The position numbers and the translations under genes were made by a program. Positions 1 through 7,159 of a stretch of 64,000 nucleotides of DNA are shown here, in pieces. How positions within the stretch are numbered: the first letter of the stretch is position 1; every line of letters starts with the position of its first letter. A model generated the notes under the pieces. That model saw only the letters and a list, made by a program, of their open reading frames with translations. It made no database searches and was not told where the DNA came from. The stretch is taken from positions 248,001 through 312,000 of the IMG/VR virus record IMGVR_UViG_3300031951_000003; one strand, written 5' to 3'.

Positions 1-214
1 CGCACACAGTGTTGGACATATGTTATCAATAATCTCAAACCAAGTGCATGAATTTTTTTTCAAACACCAAATCGACCCAGTAACCTTTAAGTTTAAAGGA
101 GGTGATGTTGATGGTTTAATTATTAATGACCCTATGATATTAGAATTCCATTACAAATTAGATGAACTACATAAAGTTCTTTTATACATAACGATGAACT
201 ATGACCAACAGTAA
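1..214 (+). CDS. hypothetical protein (probably 5'-partial)
   Basis: Frame is open from the window start; overlaps the next gene. Confidence 0.6.
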   Translation, partial: AHSVGHMLSIISNQVHEFFFKHQIDPVTFKFKGGDVDGLIINDPMILEFHYKLDELHKVLLYITMNYDQQ

Positions 215-1058
215 GATTTATAGATTAGCCAAAAGGATGTTTAGTGACTTTACTAAACCACCTCAGACTCCAAATGATGTTTACAACACATTGACGGGAG
301 AAAAAAACTATTGGGATTACTTTAAGTATATGGGTCCTGACAACTTCATTAAATTATGTATTGCCACTTGGGGTGTTTCACAAAACATACCCCAAGAACA
401 AATAGAAGAATGGTATGATAAAGTCTTTTTTGCAACAGTCTTTTCAACGGAAGACGAAACCTACTACGATGAATGTGGTATGTGTGATGGAGGAGGACAT
501 GTACGATGTGATAACTGTAATGGAATAGGTGATTTGGAATGTGATGAGTGTGAGGGTGACCTTGAAGTCACTTGTCATTTTTGTGATGGTGATGGTAAAA
601 TAGATGGAGATGACGGACCTGAGGACTGTGATGAGTGCGAAGGTAAAGGACAAAGGGAGTGTGACGAATGTAATGGAACAGGTAAGGTTACATGTCACAT
701 ATGTGGTGGTGATGGGGATGTATATTGTGATGATTGTAATGGTGATGGAAATCTCGAAACCGATGAAAAACTATTTGACATTCAATTTATAGTTTGTTGG
801 AATAGAAACCTTTACGACTTATTCGAAATCAAAGAGGAAGAATTTGAAGAAGTTATACCAACAGATAGATTCTATAATAGTAAATCTATAATTATACTCG
901 GAGAAGTGACACAAGAACACGCTGAACTTTCTGATGAAGTAACCCCAGACCAAATATATTGTTTGGGACTTTATAATCAACTTCCAAATGTTAGATTTGA
1001 ACCGAGAAAACCTAAATTCTTCACAACACCAAGTTGGGACATAAGCCATCTCCAATAA
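201..1058 (+). CDS. protein with an extended DnaJ-type zinc-finger array (8 CxxCxGxG-type motifs), no J domain
   Basis: CGMCDGGG, CDNCNGIG, CDECEGDL, CHFCDGDG, CDECEGKG, CDECNGTG, CHICGGDG, CDDCNGDG; no HPD motif. Confidence 0.8.
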   Translation: MTNSKIYRLAKRMFSDFTKPPQTPNDVYNTLTGEKNYWDYFKYMGPDNFIKLCIATWGVSQNIPQEQIEEWYDKVFFATVFSTEDETYYDECGMCDGGGHVRCDNCNGIGDLECDECEGDLEVTCHFCDGDGKIDGDDGPEDCDECEGKGQRECDECNGTGKVTCHICGGDGDVYCDDCNGDGNLETDEKLFDIQFIVCWNRNLYDLFEIKEEEFEEVIPTDRFYNSKSIIILGEVTQEHAELSDEVTPDQIYCLGLYNQLPNVRFEPRKPKFFTTPSWDISHLQ

Positions 1059-1068
1059 TTTATATAGA

Positions 1069-1548
1069 ATGGATGTAAAATATTTTTTAAAGGTATTAGA
1101 AAAAGAGGGTTATCCAAATCCTGACATTCAATCTATTGCCAAGATGGTTGGATACAACTTAGATTATTTTCTCCTTGGTATAAGAGACAGAGTTGGTGAG
1201 GAAGGTGTAATCGATTTTTGTGAAAAAGCAATAAATAAATTGCAAGGTGAAGATGGAGTCAGGGTTGACTTGGGTGGAGACGAATATTGTTACATAAAAA
1301 TATTTCCACAATACTACGACGAGAGGGAATCGGAAAATGATGTGATTGCTAAAAGTAGTTGGGGCGATTCAAACATATTGAGTTCAGACCCAGAAACAGG
1401 TGATGAGAGCTACTTTACAATTCAAGTAGTAATCGACAATACAGACATGGGTGGTTGGAGTGACTTGGACGAGTTATTGGACCACATCAAAGAACAAGCC
1501 TACAACATAGTATTCCAAAACTGTGGTTTCGGTGTTTGGTGGGAATAA
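1069..1548 (+). CDS. acidic hypothetical protein
   Basis: 159-aa ORF; AATTTAT late-type box 5 nt before the ATG. Confidence 0.75.
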   Translation: MDVKYFLKVLEKEGYPNPDIQSIAKMVGYNLDYFLLGIRDRVGEEGVIDFCEKAINKLQGEDGVRVDLGGDEYCYIKIFPQYYDERESENDVIAKSSWGDSNILSSDPETGDESYFTIQVVIDNTDMGGWSDLDELLDHIKEQAYNIVFQNCGFGVWWE

Positions 1549-1575
1549 AAAAAAAAGGGGAGACCGAAGTCTCCC
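1546..1575 (-). terminator. intrinsic terminator for the minus-strand operon 1618-2476
   Basis: Minus strand reads GGGAGAC-TTCG-GTCTCCC followed by a long T run. Confidence 0.85.
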
Positions 1576-1579
1576 AATA

Positions 1580-1614
1580 GGGGCTGAACGGTTTTGCCAG
1601 CCACTCCACCACCA
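1580..1614. other. tmRNA-ends mini element (5' end fused directly to the 3' CTCCACCA)
   Basis: Plus strand GGGGCTGAACGGTTTTGCCAGC-CA-CTCCACCA-CCA; resembles both termini of Bacteroidota tmRNA (from memory). Confidence 0.5.
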
Positions 1615-1617
1615 AGT

Positions 1618-1917
1618 TTAACGAACTTGGAAACCTTTTGGAAATAATGTGTTGGCTAAAGAGGTAAGAGCCTCAGAACTTAAATATCCAACAACATCAT
1701 CGTTAGCTTCAGGTAAGTAATATTTTGTCACGAAATCACCAGTCTCACTGTCCATAATTGCAATTTCGAAATCATCTTTGAAATCACCATACAACCCTTG
1801 AGCACCCCCAACAATTGAGAGTCCAATTTTTCCATCAGTCATATATGTCTGACGTGCACCCTCAACCATATTTCTATGGGGTTTGGAGTGTTCTATAATA
1901 TTTTCAATCGTTATCAT
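1618..1917 (-). CDS. hypothetical phage protein
   Basis: 99-aa ORF, ATGA-coupled to the upstream gene. Confidence 0.75.
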   Translation of the reverse strand: MITIENIIEHSKPHRNMVEGARQTYMTDGKIGLSIVGGAQGLYGDFKDDFEIAIMDSETGDFVTKYYLPEANDDVVGYLSSEALTSLANTLFPKGFQVR

Positions 1918-2198
1918 AATCCTTTGAGTAATTGTCTTAATTTGATTTCTAAAAGTTCTAATGTGTTCTTATCCTTTGCGGTTTTATTTGGTTTTTTCCT
2001 TAACGAATCTATGAGTTCCTGTATAAAATCAGATTCACTTTTCTCTTGAACCACTTCGGCGTCCTGTATGTCACCCATAGGTTCATCTGCAGGTGTGTAA
2101 GGTAAGGAGCTTTTTTGCCCTTTTTTCTCACCCAATTTATAGGCACCATAAACCAAGGCACCAACTGCTACTATTTTTACTAAATCACTGAATTTCAT
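1914..2198 (-). CDS. hypothetical protein with N-terminal membrane anchor
   Basis: Hydrophobic N-terminus; ATGA overlaps on both sides. Confidence 0.75.
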   Translation of the reverse strand: MKFSDLVKIVAVGALVYGAYKLGEKKGQKSSLPYTPADEPMGDIQDAEVVQEKSESDFIQELIDSLRKKPNKTAKDKNTLELLEIKLRQLLKGL

Positions 2199-2476
2199 TT
2201 TGTTACCTCCGCTTCGATTTTAGATTTATTAATAAGATGGTCAGTTAAAGAATAGAAATCAAGTTTAGTCATAACAATTGAATTAACCAAATGTTTGTGT
2301 GGGATATGAACCAAGAAATCCACACCATTGAAGAAGGTTAAATCAGTTTTCATCTCAATTGAACTTTGAACCATTTTAAGAAAAAGTTTGAACTGAATTT
2401 GATTAACAAAAGTTTCATCCAAAAGGGTTCCGAAAGTTTCATGTAGAATTTTGATGTTGAGACCTGACATGTTCAT
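2195..2476 (-). CDS. hypothetical protein
   Basis: First gene after a host-type promoter. Confidence 0.75.
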   Translation of the reverse strand: MNMSGLNIKILHETFGTLLDETFVNQIQFKLFLKMVQSSIEMKTDLTFFNGVDFLVHIPHKHLVNSIVMTKLDFYSLTDHLINKSKIEAEVTK

Positions 2477-2491
2477 ATTCTTTAATTTCTA

Positions 2492-2522
2492 CAAAGATAA
2501 ACTTTTAAATTCAATTACCAAA
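2492..2522 (-). promoter_or_regulatory. Bacteroidota sigma-A-type promoter
   Basis: TTTG-N19-TATCTTTG on the minus strand. Confidence 0.75.
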
Positions 2523-2584
2523 AAAAATTACATTTTGGCTCCGTTTTTCAATCCTGAATGAAACTTGTTTGTATTTATCTAAGT

Positions 2585-4720
2585 ATGTCAAATCCCGTTA
2601 TAATTATTGGTCAACAAAGAATTGTAAAAAAAACTGAGAAAATTTCTTTTTCCAATCCTACTGACTCTGTCATAACAATAAATTATCAGAAGAGTTCGAA
2701 TTTTCAGTGGGTTTACCAAGACGAAATACTACCTCAACAATCCAAAAGGATTTGGGCTGTTCCATCATCAATACAAATTCCAAATTACTTTTCTGAGAAT
2801 TTAGTTAGTCAAGATGACGGAGATATATTAAACATGATACAGACATATTCTTTGGGGGATGTTGTGAATGTCAACACCGAATCTTGTTATGTATATGAAT
2901 ACCCATATCCGTTTCCAGTCACTTTAAGAATTTCAAGTGAATATGCCTTACCACCCAACGTTAATATAGATTATAGAATTGCAACATACAATCCTCCTTA
3001 CATCGACCCAACAGTGTTCAACGGTATTCCTTGGACAAATTTAGTAACGAATTTTCAAGTTGGTGAGTGTCCCAATTATAACTTAGCAGGAACTGTTTAT
3101 ATCTCTTCTCCTTCTTTGGCTATCCAATATAGAGTGAGGGACTTATCTGACAATAGATTGAATTACTATTACATTATTTACCCTGAAACCTGTTTCGGAC
3201 CTGGAGAGGACCCTTGTAACATCAATTCAATACCTAGAATTTGGGACTTATTATTTTCTGGTTGTTCTATAGATGGTATTTCGATTTATTTATTTGAACC
3301 ATCCCAAATTCCCTTCGCTCAAGATGTTTGGATGGTATTGAAATCTCCTCCAGGAAACATAACCAACTGCACTACCCCAACTCCAACATCGACCGTTACA
3401 CAAACACCAACCAACACTCAAACACCAACAAATACTTCTACACAAACTCCAACGCCAACTAACACTCAAACACCTACCAACACCTCTACCCCGACTCCAA
3501 CGCCAACTAACACTCAAACACCTACCAACACTCAAACACCTACCAACACTCAAACACCTACACAGACCCCTCCTGTTTACTATTATTCAGCTCTTCTATG
3601 TGGGGACCCATCTTTCTTGAGATATTTCCGTTCGTCGAATCCAAATTTAACCGACAGTTGTTCTGTAATTTACGGTTATTGTGATGAGGCACCTCATACT
3701 GAATGTGGGGGAGTTCCTCAATGTTTTGATAATGTAAGCCCTTCGGTTGTCGTGAATTCGAATGATGTTTTAGAATGTTTCGATAGTTGTGAGTGTTGTC
3801 AGGGACTTTGTCCAACACCATCCCCAACTCCTACAATAAACCCGACCTCAACACCAACACCGACCACGACACCATCTCTAACCCCTACATTGACCTCAAC
3901 TCCTACATTAACTCCTACATCGACCTCGACCTCTACACCAACACCAACAACCAGTCCGACAGTCACAGGCACACTTACTCCTACACCAACACAAACGAGA
4001 CTTGCCGATTGTTATCAAAAAATTTATTTCGATGTAACATTAACTGAAACTTTTTTCAGTTACACAGATTGTTGTAGTGGAGAAGTAAATATCCTGAGCG
4101 TTGAAGCTGGTGTTGATTCTTGGGGTGCACCCGAGGGTTGTATAGAATATGGTTCAGTAACTGTTATTTCAGGTGAGTTCAATAATTTGTATTATAATTC
4201 ACCTTGTGCGTGTCCGACACCCACACCAACATTGACAGCCTCTAATACTCCAACTCCAACAACTACTAACACACCAACATTGACCGCTTCTAATACTCCA
4301 ACTCCAACAACTACTAGTACACCAACTAACTCACCAACAACTACCAACTCACCTACACCAACGCTTACACAGACTCCGACGGCCTCTGTAACTCAAACTC
4401 CTACACCAACACAAACAGAACCAACAGTTACACAGTCTGTAACACCATCTCAAACACCTACGCAATCATTTGTATTTTACCCTTATTCAGTTACCTCAGG
4501 ACAAACTTTTGTATCGATAGATTGTAATCCTGTTGTTTTAACTCAGACCTTATATGCCGCAGAATCAAGTTGGTATACAATTACCAAATTTTATTCAGAT
4601 TCAAACCTAACAACACCATACAATGGTAATGACTTGTATTATACCAACAACACTTTAGGTTCCTCCGATTGGTATAGAATCGCAACGAATGGTTCAATAA
4701 CTGATAGCTACGGTTGTTAA
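2585..4720 (+). CDS. Pro/Thr-rich (mucin-like), Cys-rich virion surface/fibre protein
   Basis: TPTPT/TQTPTN linkers separate Cys-rich modules; start moved to ATG 2585, 6 nt after TATTTAT. Confidence 0.75.
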   Translation: MSNPVIIIGQQRIVKKTEKISFSNPTDSVITINYQKSSNFQWVYQDEILPQQSKRIWAVPSSIQIPNYFSENLVSQDDGDILNMIQTYSLGDVVNVNTESCYVYEYPYPFPVTLRISSEYALPPNVNIDYRIATYNPPYIDPTVFNGIPWTNLVTNFQVGECPNYNLAGTVYISSPSLAIQYRVRDLSDNRLNYYYIIYPETCFGPGEDPCNINSIPRIWDLLFSGCSIDGISIYLFEPSQIPFAQDVWMVLKSPPGNITNCTTPTPTSTVTQTPTNTQTPTNTSTQTPTPTNTQTPTNTSTPTPTPTNTQTPTNTQTPTNTQTPTQTPPVYYYSALLCGDPSFLRYFRSSNPNLTDSCSVIYGYCDEAPHTECGGVPQCFDNVSPSVVVNSNDVLECFDSCECCQGLCPTPSPTPTINPTSTPTPTTTPSLTPTLTSTPTLTPTSTSTSTPTPTTSPTVTGTLTPTPTQTRLADCYQKIYFDVTLTETFFSYTDCCSGEVNILSVEAGVDSWGAPEGCIEYGSVTVISGEFNNLYYNSPCACPTPTPTLTASNTPTPTTTNTPTLTASNTPTPTTTSTPTNSPTTTNSPTPTLTQTPTASVTQTPTPTQTEPTVTQSVTPSQTPTQSFVFYPYSVTSGQTFVSIDCNPVVLTQTLYAAESSWYTITKFYSDSNLTTPYNGNDLYYTNNTLGSSDWYRIATNGSITDSYGC

Positions 4721-4758
4721 AAAAACAAAAAACCCCACCAGTAGAAACTGACGGGGTT
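4719..4758 (-). terminator. intrinsic terminator ending the ncRNA transcript
   Basis: AACCCCGTCAG-loop-CTGGTGGGGTT (11 bp; the two G-U pairs form only on the minus strand) followed by TTTTGTTTTTTT. Confidence 0.85.
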
Positions 4759-4768
4759 GGCAAAAAAC

Positions 4769-5589
4769 TCTGAGAATACAAGTTTTGGTGAGAATCTTTG
4801 GAAGGATTATGATTTCCCTTCGTTTCCACTTCCTTTTGAGAAGTAATCCTCAGTCACGGTCAATTAGATTAACCAATCCTTAAGTTGTGTACCACTCTCT
4901 CGTTACTCATCACTCTTCGAGGTTGCCACCCCAATTAATCCTTGCGGGATTAGAGAACTTTCAAGAAAATCCTGTCGGGCTTGGGACCCTTCAAGGCTAA
5001 GAACATCTCTTAACTATGTAGTGACCTGTCGCACACAACTGACGAGCACTTTTCCTTGTTTAATTTTGAGTTTGTTAAACCTTAATTAACAAAGTTGGTT
5101 TACGGATGATGAAAGTAGCGGCCCGTCTGAAGCCATGCCATCTTTTGGACGACACGATACTAAGCTACTCTCTGAAGTCTCCCGACCTCCATATTTTGAG
5201 TCAACTTCATAACTAACCTCTTGGTAGAGAGAAAGTTAAGGTTCCATCAGCACCACCTGTTATGAAACTTACCTTGTTCGGTGTTAAGCCAACTCTAATA
5301 TTGAATCACGCAATTACTATGGTGGATGCCATAGTTTCTTACATTAATCCTTCAGGTTATTCTTATTGGTGTTCCCACCTCAATCAAACGACCCGTATCG
5401 CTTGATTACCCAACCACGTTCCCTACAGTGTCACCCTCAGTACTAAAGGTCAGATAATATCCTGATTGCCTACTCGAGTTCCCTTTCGGAAACCGCAGAC
5501 CTCCCAAACCAGGGAGTTCCACTTTATACTATTTTCATAGTTTATTTAATGACCATAGGCGGCCAATATCTTGAACAGAATGTCTCAGA
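4769..5589 (-). ncRNA. large structured non-coding RNA, probably GOLLD-like
   Basis: No credible ORF; many hairpins closed by GNRA loops on the minus strand (GTTTCC-GAAA-GGGAAC, GGTG-GGAA-CACC, GAGGTC-GGGA-GACTTC, ACTAT-GAAA-ATAGT); two domains joined by an AU-rich linker; 7-bp terminal stem; own promoter and terminator; tRNA nearby. Confidence 0.7.
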
Positions 5590-5638
5590 ATAAACCCGAA
5601 GGTTTCATCATCAACTAACTGTGAAGATAATATCTTAA

Positions 5639-5650
5639 TTCAAAGAACTT
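5639..5650 (-). promoter_or_regulatory. boxA-like antitermination site
   Basis: AAGTTCTTTGAA between the promoter and the large RNA. Confidence 0.55.
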
Positions 5651-5728
5651 TCAAATTTAAAGGGAAGAAGAATCTTGACGACCATCCGAAGTTGGAACAC
5701 TTACAACTCCTCCCCTTCAATTGTTTCA

Positions 5729-5760
5729 CAAAGTTAAGACACGTTTTTGGAACTGTCAAA
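5729..5760 (-). promoter_or_regulatory. Bacteroidota sigma-A-type promoter P3
   Basis: TTTG-N20-TAACTTTG. Confidence 0.8.
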
Positions 5761-5842
5761 TCTTTTTGAAACTTTTTTTGACTTTTTCTGATTCGATTCT
5801 AATACCCCCCACTCTTAATGGGACAGGTTCAAATTCAGTCTT

Positions 5843-5869
5843 TGTCAAAGAACATACGACTCTCATCGT
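5843..5869 (-). promoter_or_regulatory. boxB-like hairpin plus boxA-like site
   Basis: ACGAT-GAGA-GTCGT hairpin followed by TGTTCTTTGACA. Confidence 0.55.
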
Positions 5870-5877
5870 GTGTTTTA

Positions 5878-5909
5878 CAAAGATAAGAAGGTTTTTTTAA
5901 ACTCTCAAA
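5878..5909 (-). promoter_or_regulatory. Bacteroidota sigma-A-type promoter P2
   Basis: TTTG-N20-TATCTTTG. Confidence 0.8.
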
Positions 5910-5920
5910 TCTTTTTTTTG

Positions 5921-5993
5921 TTGCGTCGCCTTGGAATCGAACCAAGCTAAGTGGGCTTATGAGACCCATGGAACACCTTGCCCCCCGCCCGCA
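5921..5993 (-). tRNA. tRNA with CAT anticodon (Met/fMet-like), aberrant acceptor stem, no encoded CCA
   Basis: T arm CTTGG-TTCGATT-CCAAG; anticodon arm TGGGT-CTCATAA-GCCCA; D stem GGGG/TTCC; acceptor TGCGGGC/GCGACGCA is imperfect. Confidence 0.75.
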
Positions 5994-5998
5994 ATATA

Positions 5999-6070
5999 AT
6001 GATTAACTCCTACTTACCCCTCGGTCACCTATCCACGTCATGCGCTGGTTGAACCAGCAGGAGTCATCAT
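5999..6070 (-). ncRNA. small structured RNA element of unknown type
   Basis: Closing stem ATGAT-GACTCCT...AGGAGTT-AATCAT encloses hairpin GCTGG-TTCAA-CCAGC; GC-rich; lies between a boxA-like site and the tRNA. Confidence 0.45.
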
Positions 6071-6114
6071 TTCAATATTTTTAAGAACTATGTTGTTTTG
6101 AAAAAGAAGTCCCA

Positions 6115-6146
6115 CAAATATACGGAGATTTTCTCAAATAACCAAA
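6115..6146 (-). promoter_or_regulatory. Bacteroidota sigma-A-type promoter P1
   Basis: TTTG-N20-TATATTTG; boxA-like AGTTCTTAAAAA at 6078-6089 downstream. Confidence 0.8.
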
Positions 6147-6276
6147 TTCGTGGGACTATTATTTCGAGATTACTCTTTTATTCATCTCGAGTGTTTGGGG
6201 TGTTCGTCCTCTCGGACATGAACATATAAATATTCCGAAAAGTTCAAAAAGTAACCCTAAGAAAAAATATTTTTTT

Positions 6277-6381
6277 TTAGTGGTCCAAATCGTCAACCAT
6301 TCTTCTGAGTTGTCTCATCATATCGAACCATCCTATGATTCCTATAACGATGACAAACATAATTAAACCTAATACAATCAT
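6277..6381 (-). CDS. small membrane protein (34 aa)
   Basis: MIVLGLIMFVIVIGIIGWFD...; ATGA overlap with the Nudix stop; not in the ORF track. Confidence 0.55.
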   Translation of the reverse strand: MIVLGLIMFVIVIGIIGWFDMMRQLRRMVDDLDH

Positions 6382-6797
6382 TGTAAAATAATTTCAGCTA
6401 ATTTATACATATAGTCACCTGTGTTTTCAGCACGGATTTCATCGAAACTGAAATACTTCCAATCAGTATGTTCTTCTCCGTCAATGGCTTTCTCGAAATC
6501 TGGTTCAATACATTCTTCAACAATTAACAAATACACATACATCAACCCTTTAACTTTTTTACCGTCACGAGTGTGTCTTGGAATGAGTCCAATAAAAGTA
6601 ATTTCTTGGTCATCGATACTAACCGCTGTTTCTTCGAAAAATTCGCGTTTGGCACCTTCTTGTGTTGTTTCATTTTCTTCGAGTTTTCCACCTGGAATCG
6701 ACCACATACCTGGGAAAGAACCGAGATTGTTTCTTTTACATAGTAAAACTTTATCCTTACATTTTACCATAATTCCTACATAGCTTTGTTGTTTCAT
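6378..6797 (-). CDS. Nudix hydrolase
   Basis: Nudix box GGKLEENETTQEGAKREFFEET. Confidence 0.9.
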   Translation of the reverse strand: MKQQSYVGIMVKCKDKVLLCKRNNLGSFPGMWSIPGGKLEENETTQEGAKREFFEETAVSIDDQEITFIGLIPRHTRDGKKVKGLMYVYLLIVEECIEPDFEKAIDGEEHTDWKYFSFDEIRAENTGDYMYKLAEIILQ

Positions 6798-6811
6798 TGT
6801 ATTTATTAAAT

Positions 6812-7159
6812 ATGATTGTTGAAATTAATGAAAATTATTTTAATGTTAAAACATTGGTTGACCCAAAATCCCAAGCTATTGGGATGATGAGAAGAAAATT
6901 CGATGATTCATTCAATGGTTTATTATTTTTAATGGGTGGTAAAAAACAATGTTTTTGGATGAAAAATTGTATCATCCCACTTGATATAATAATGATAAAA
7001 AATAATGTTATTGTCAATATACATCACGACTGTCCTCCTTGTTTAGAGGAACCTTGTCCGAGTTATTGTGGAAATGGAAATATCGTATTAGAACTCGAGG
7101 GTGGGACCTGTGAAATGTTAGGGATTGAAGCTGGAGATACGGTAGAATATATCTTCTAA
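6812..7159 (+). CDS. DUF192-family protein
   Basis: GMM..R...GLLF...FWMKNCIIPLDI...VLEL.GG...GDTV pattern; start revised to ATG 6812. Confidence 0.85.
   Translation: MIVEINENYFNVKTLVDPKSQAIGMMRRKFDDSFNGLLFLMGGKKQCFWMKNCIIPLDIIMIKNNVIVNIHHDCPPCLEEPCPSYCGNGNIVLELEGGTCEMLGIEAGDTVEYIF

Noticed and set aside
3290-4047. Alternative-frame ORFs in Pro/Thr-rich genes (also 59608-60145, 61234-61437, 62467-63282)
   Set aside because: Shadows of ACN-CCN repeats
4581-4829. 82-aa minus-strand ORF
   Set aside because: Overlaps a real gene, the terminator and the 3' end of the structured RNA; no coding features
4769-5589. Large RNA as RNase P RNA, tmRNA, an rRNA fragment or a group I/II intron
   Set aside because: AAGGAAAAGTGC only loosely resembles the RNase P GAGGAAAGTCC and the 3' partner motif is absent; no tRNA-like ends, no rRNA signatures, no interrupted gene or domain V recognised
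5999-6070. Hammerhead ribozyme or SRP RNA
   Set aside because: No CTGANGA…GAAA core and no SRP helix-8 motif on either strand
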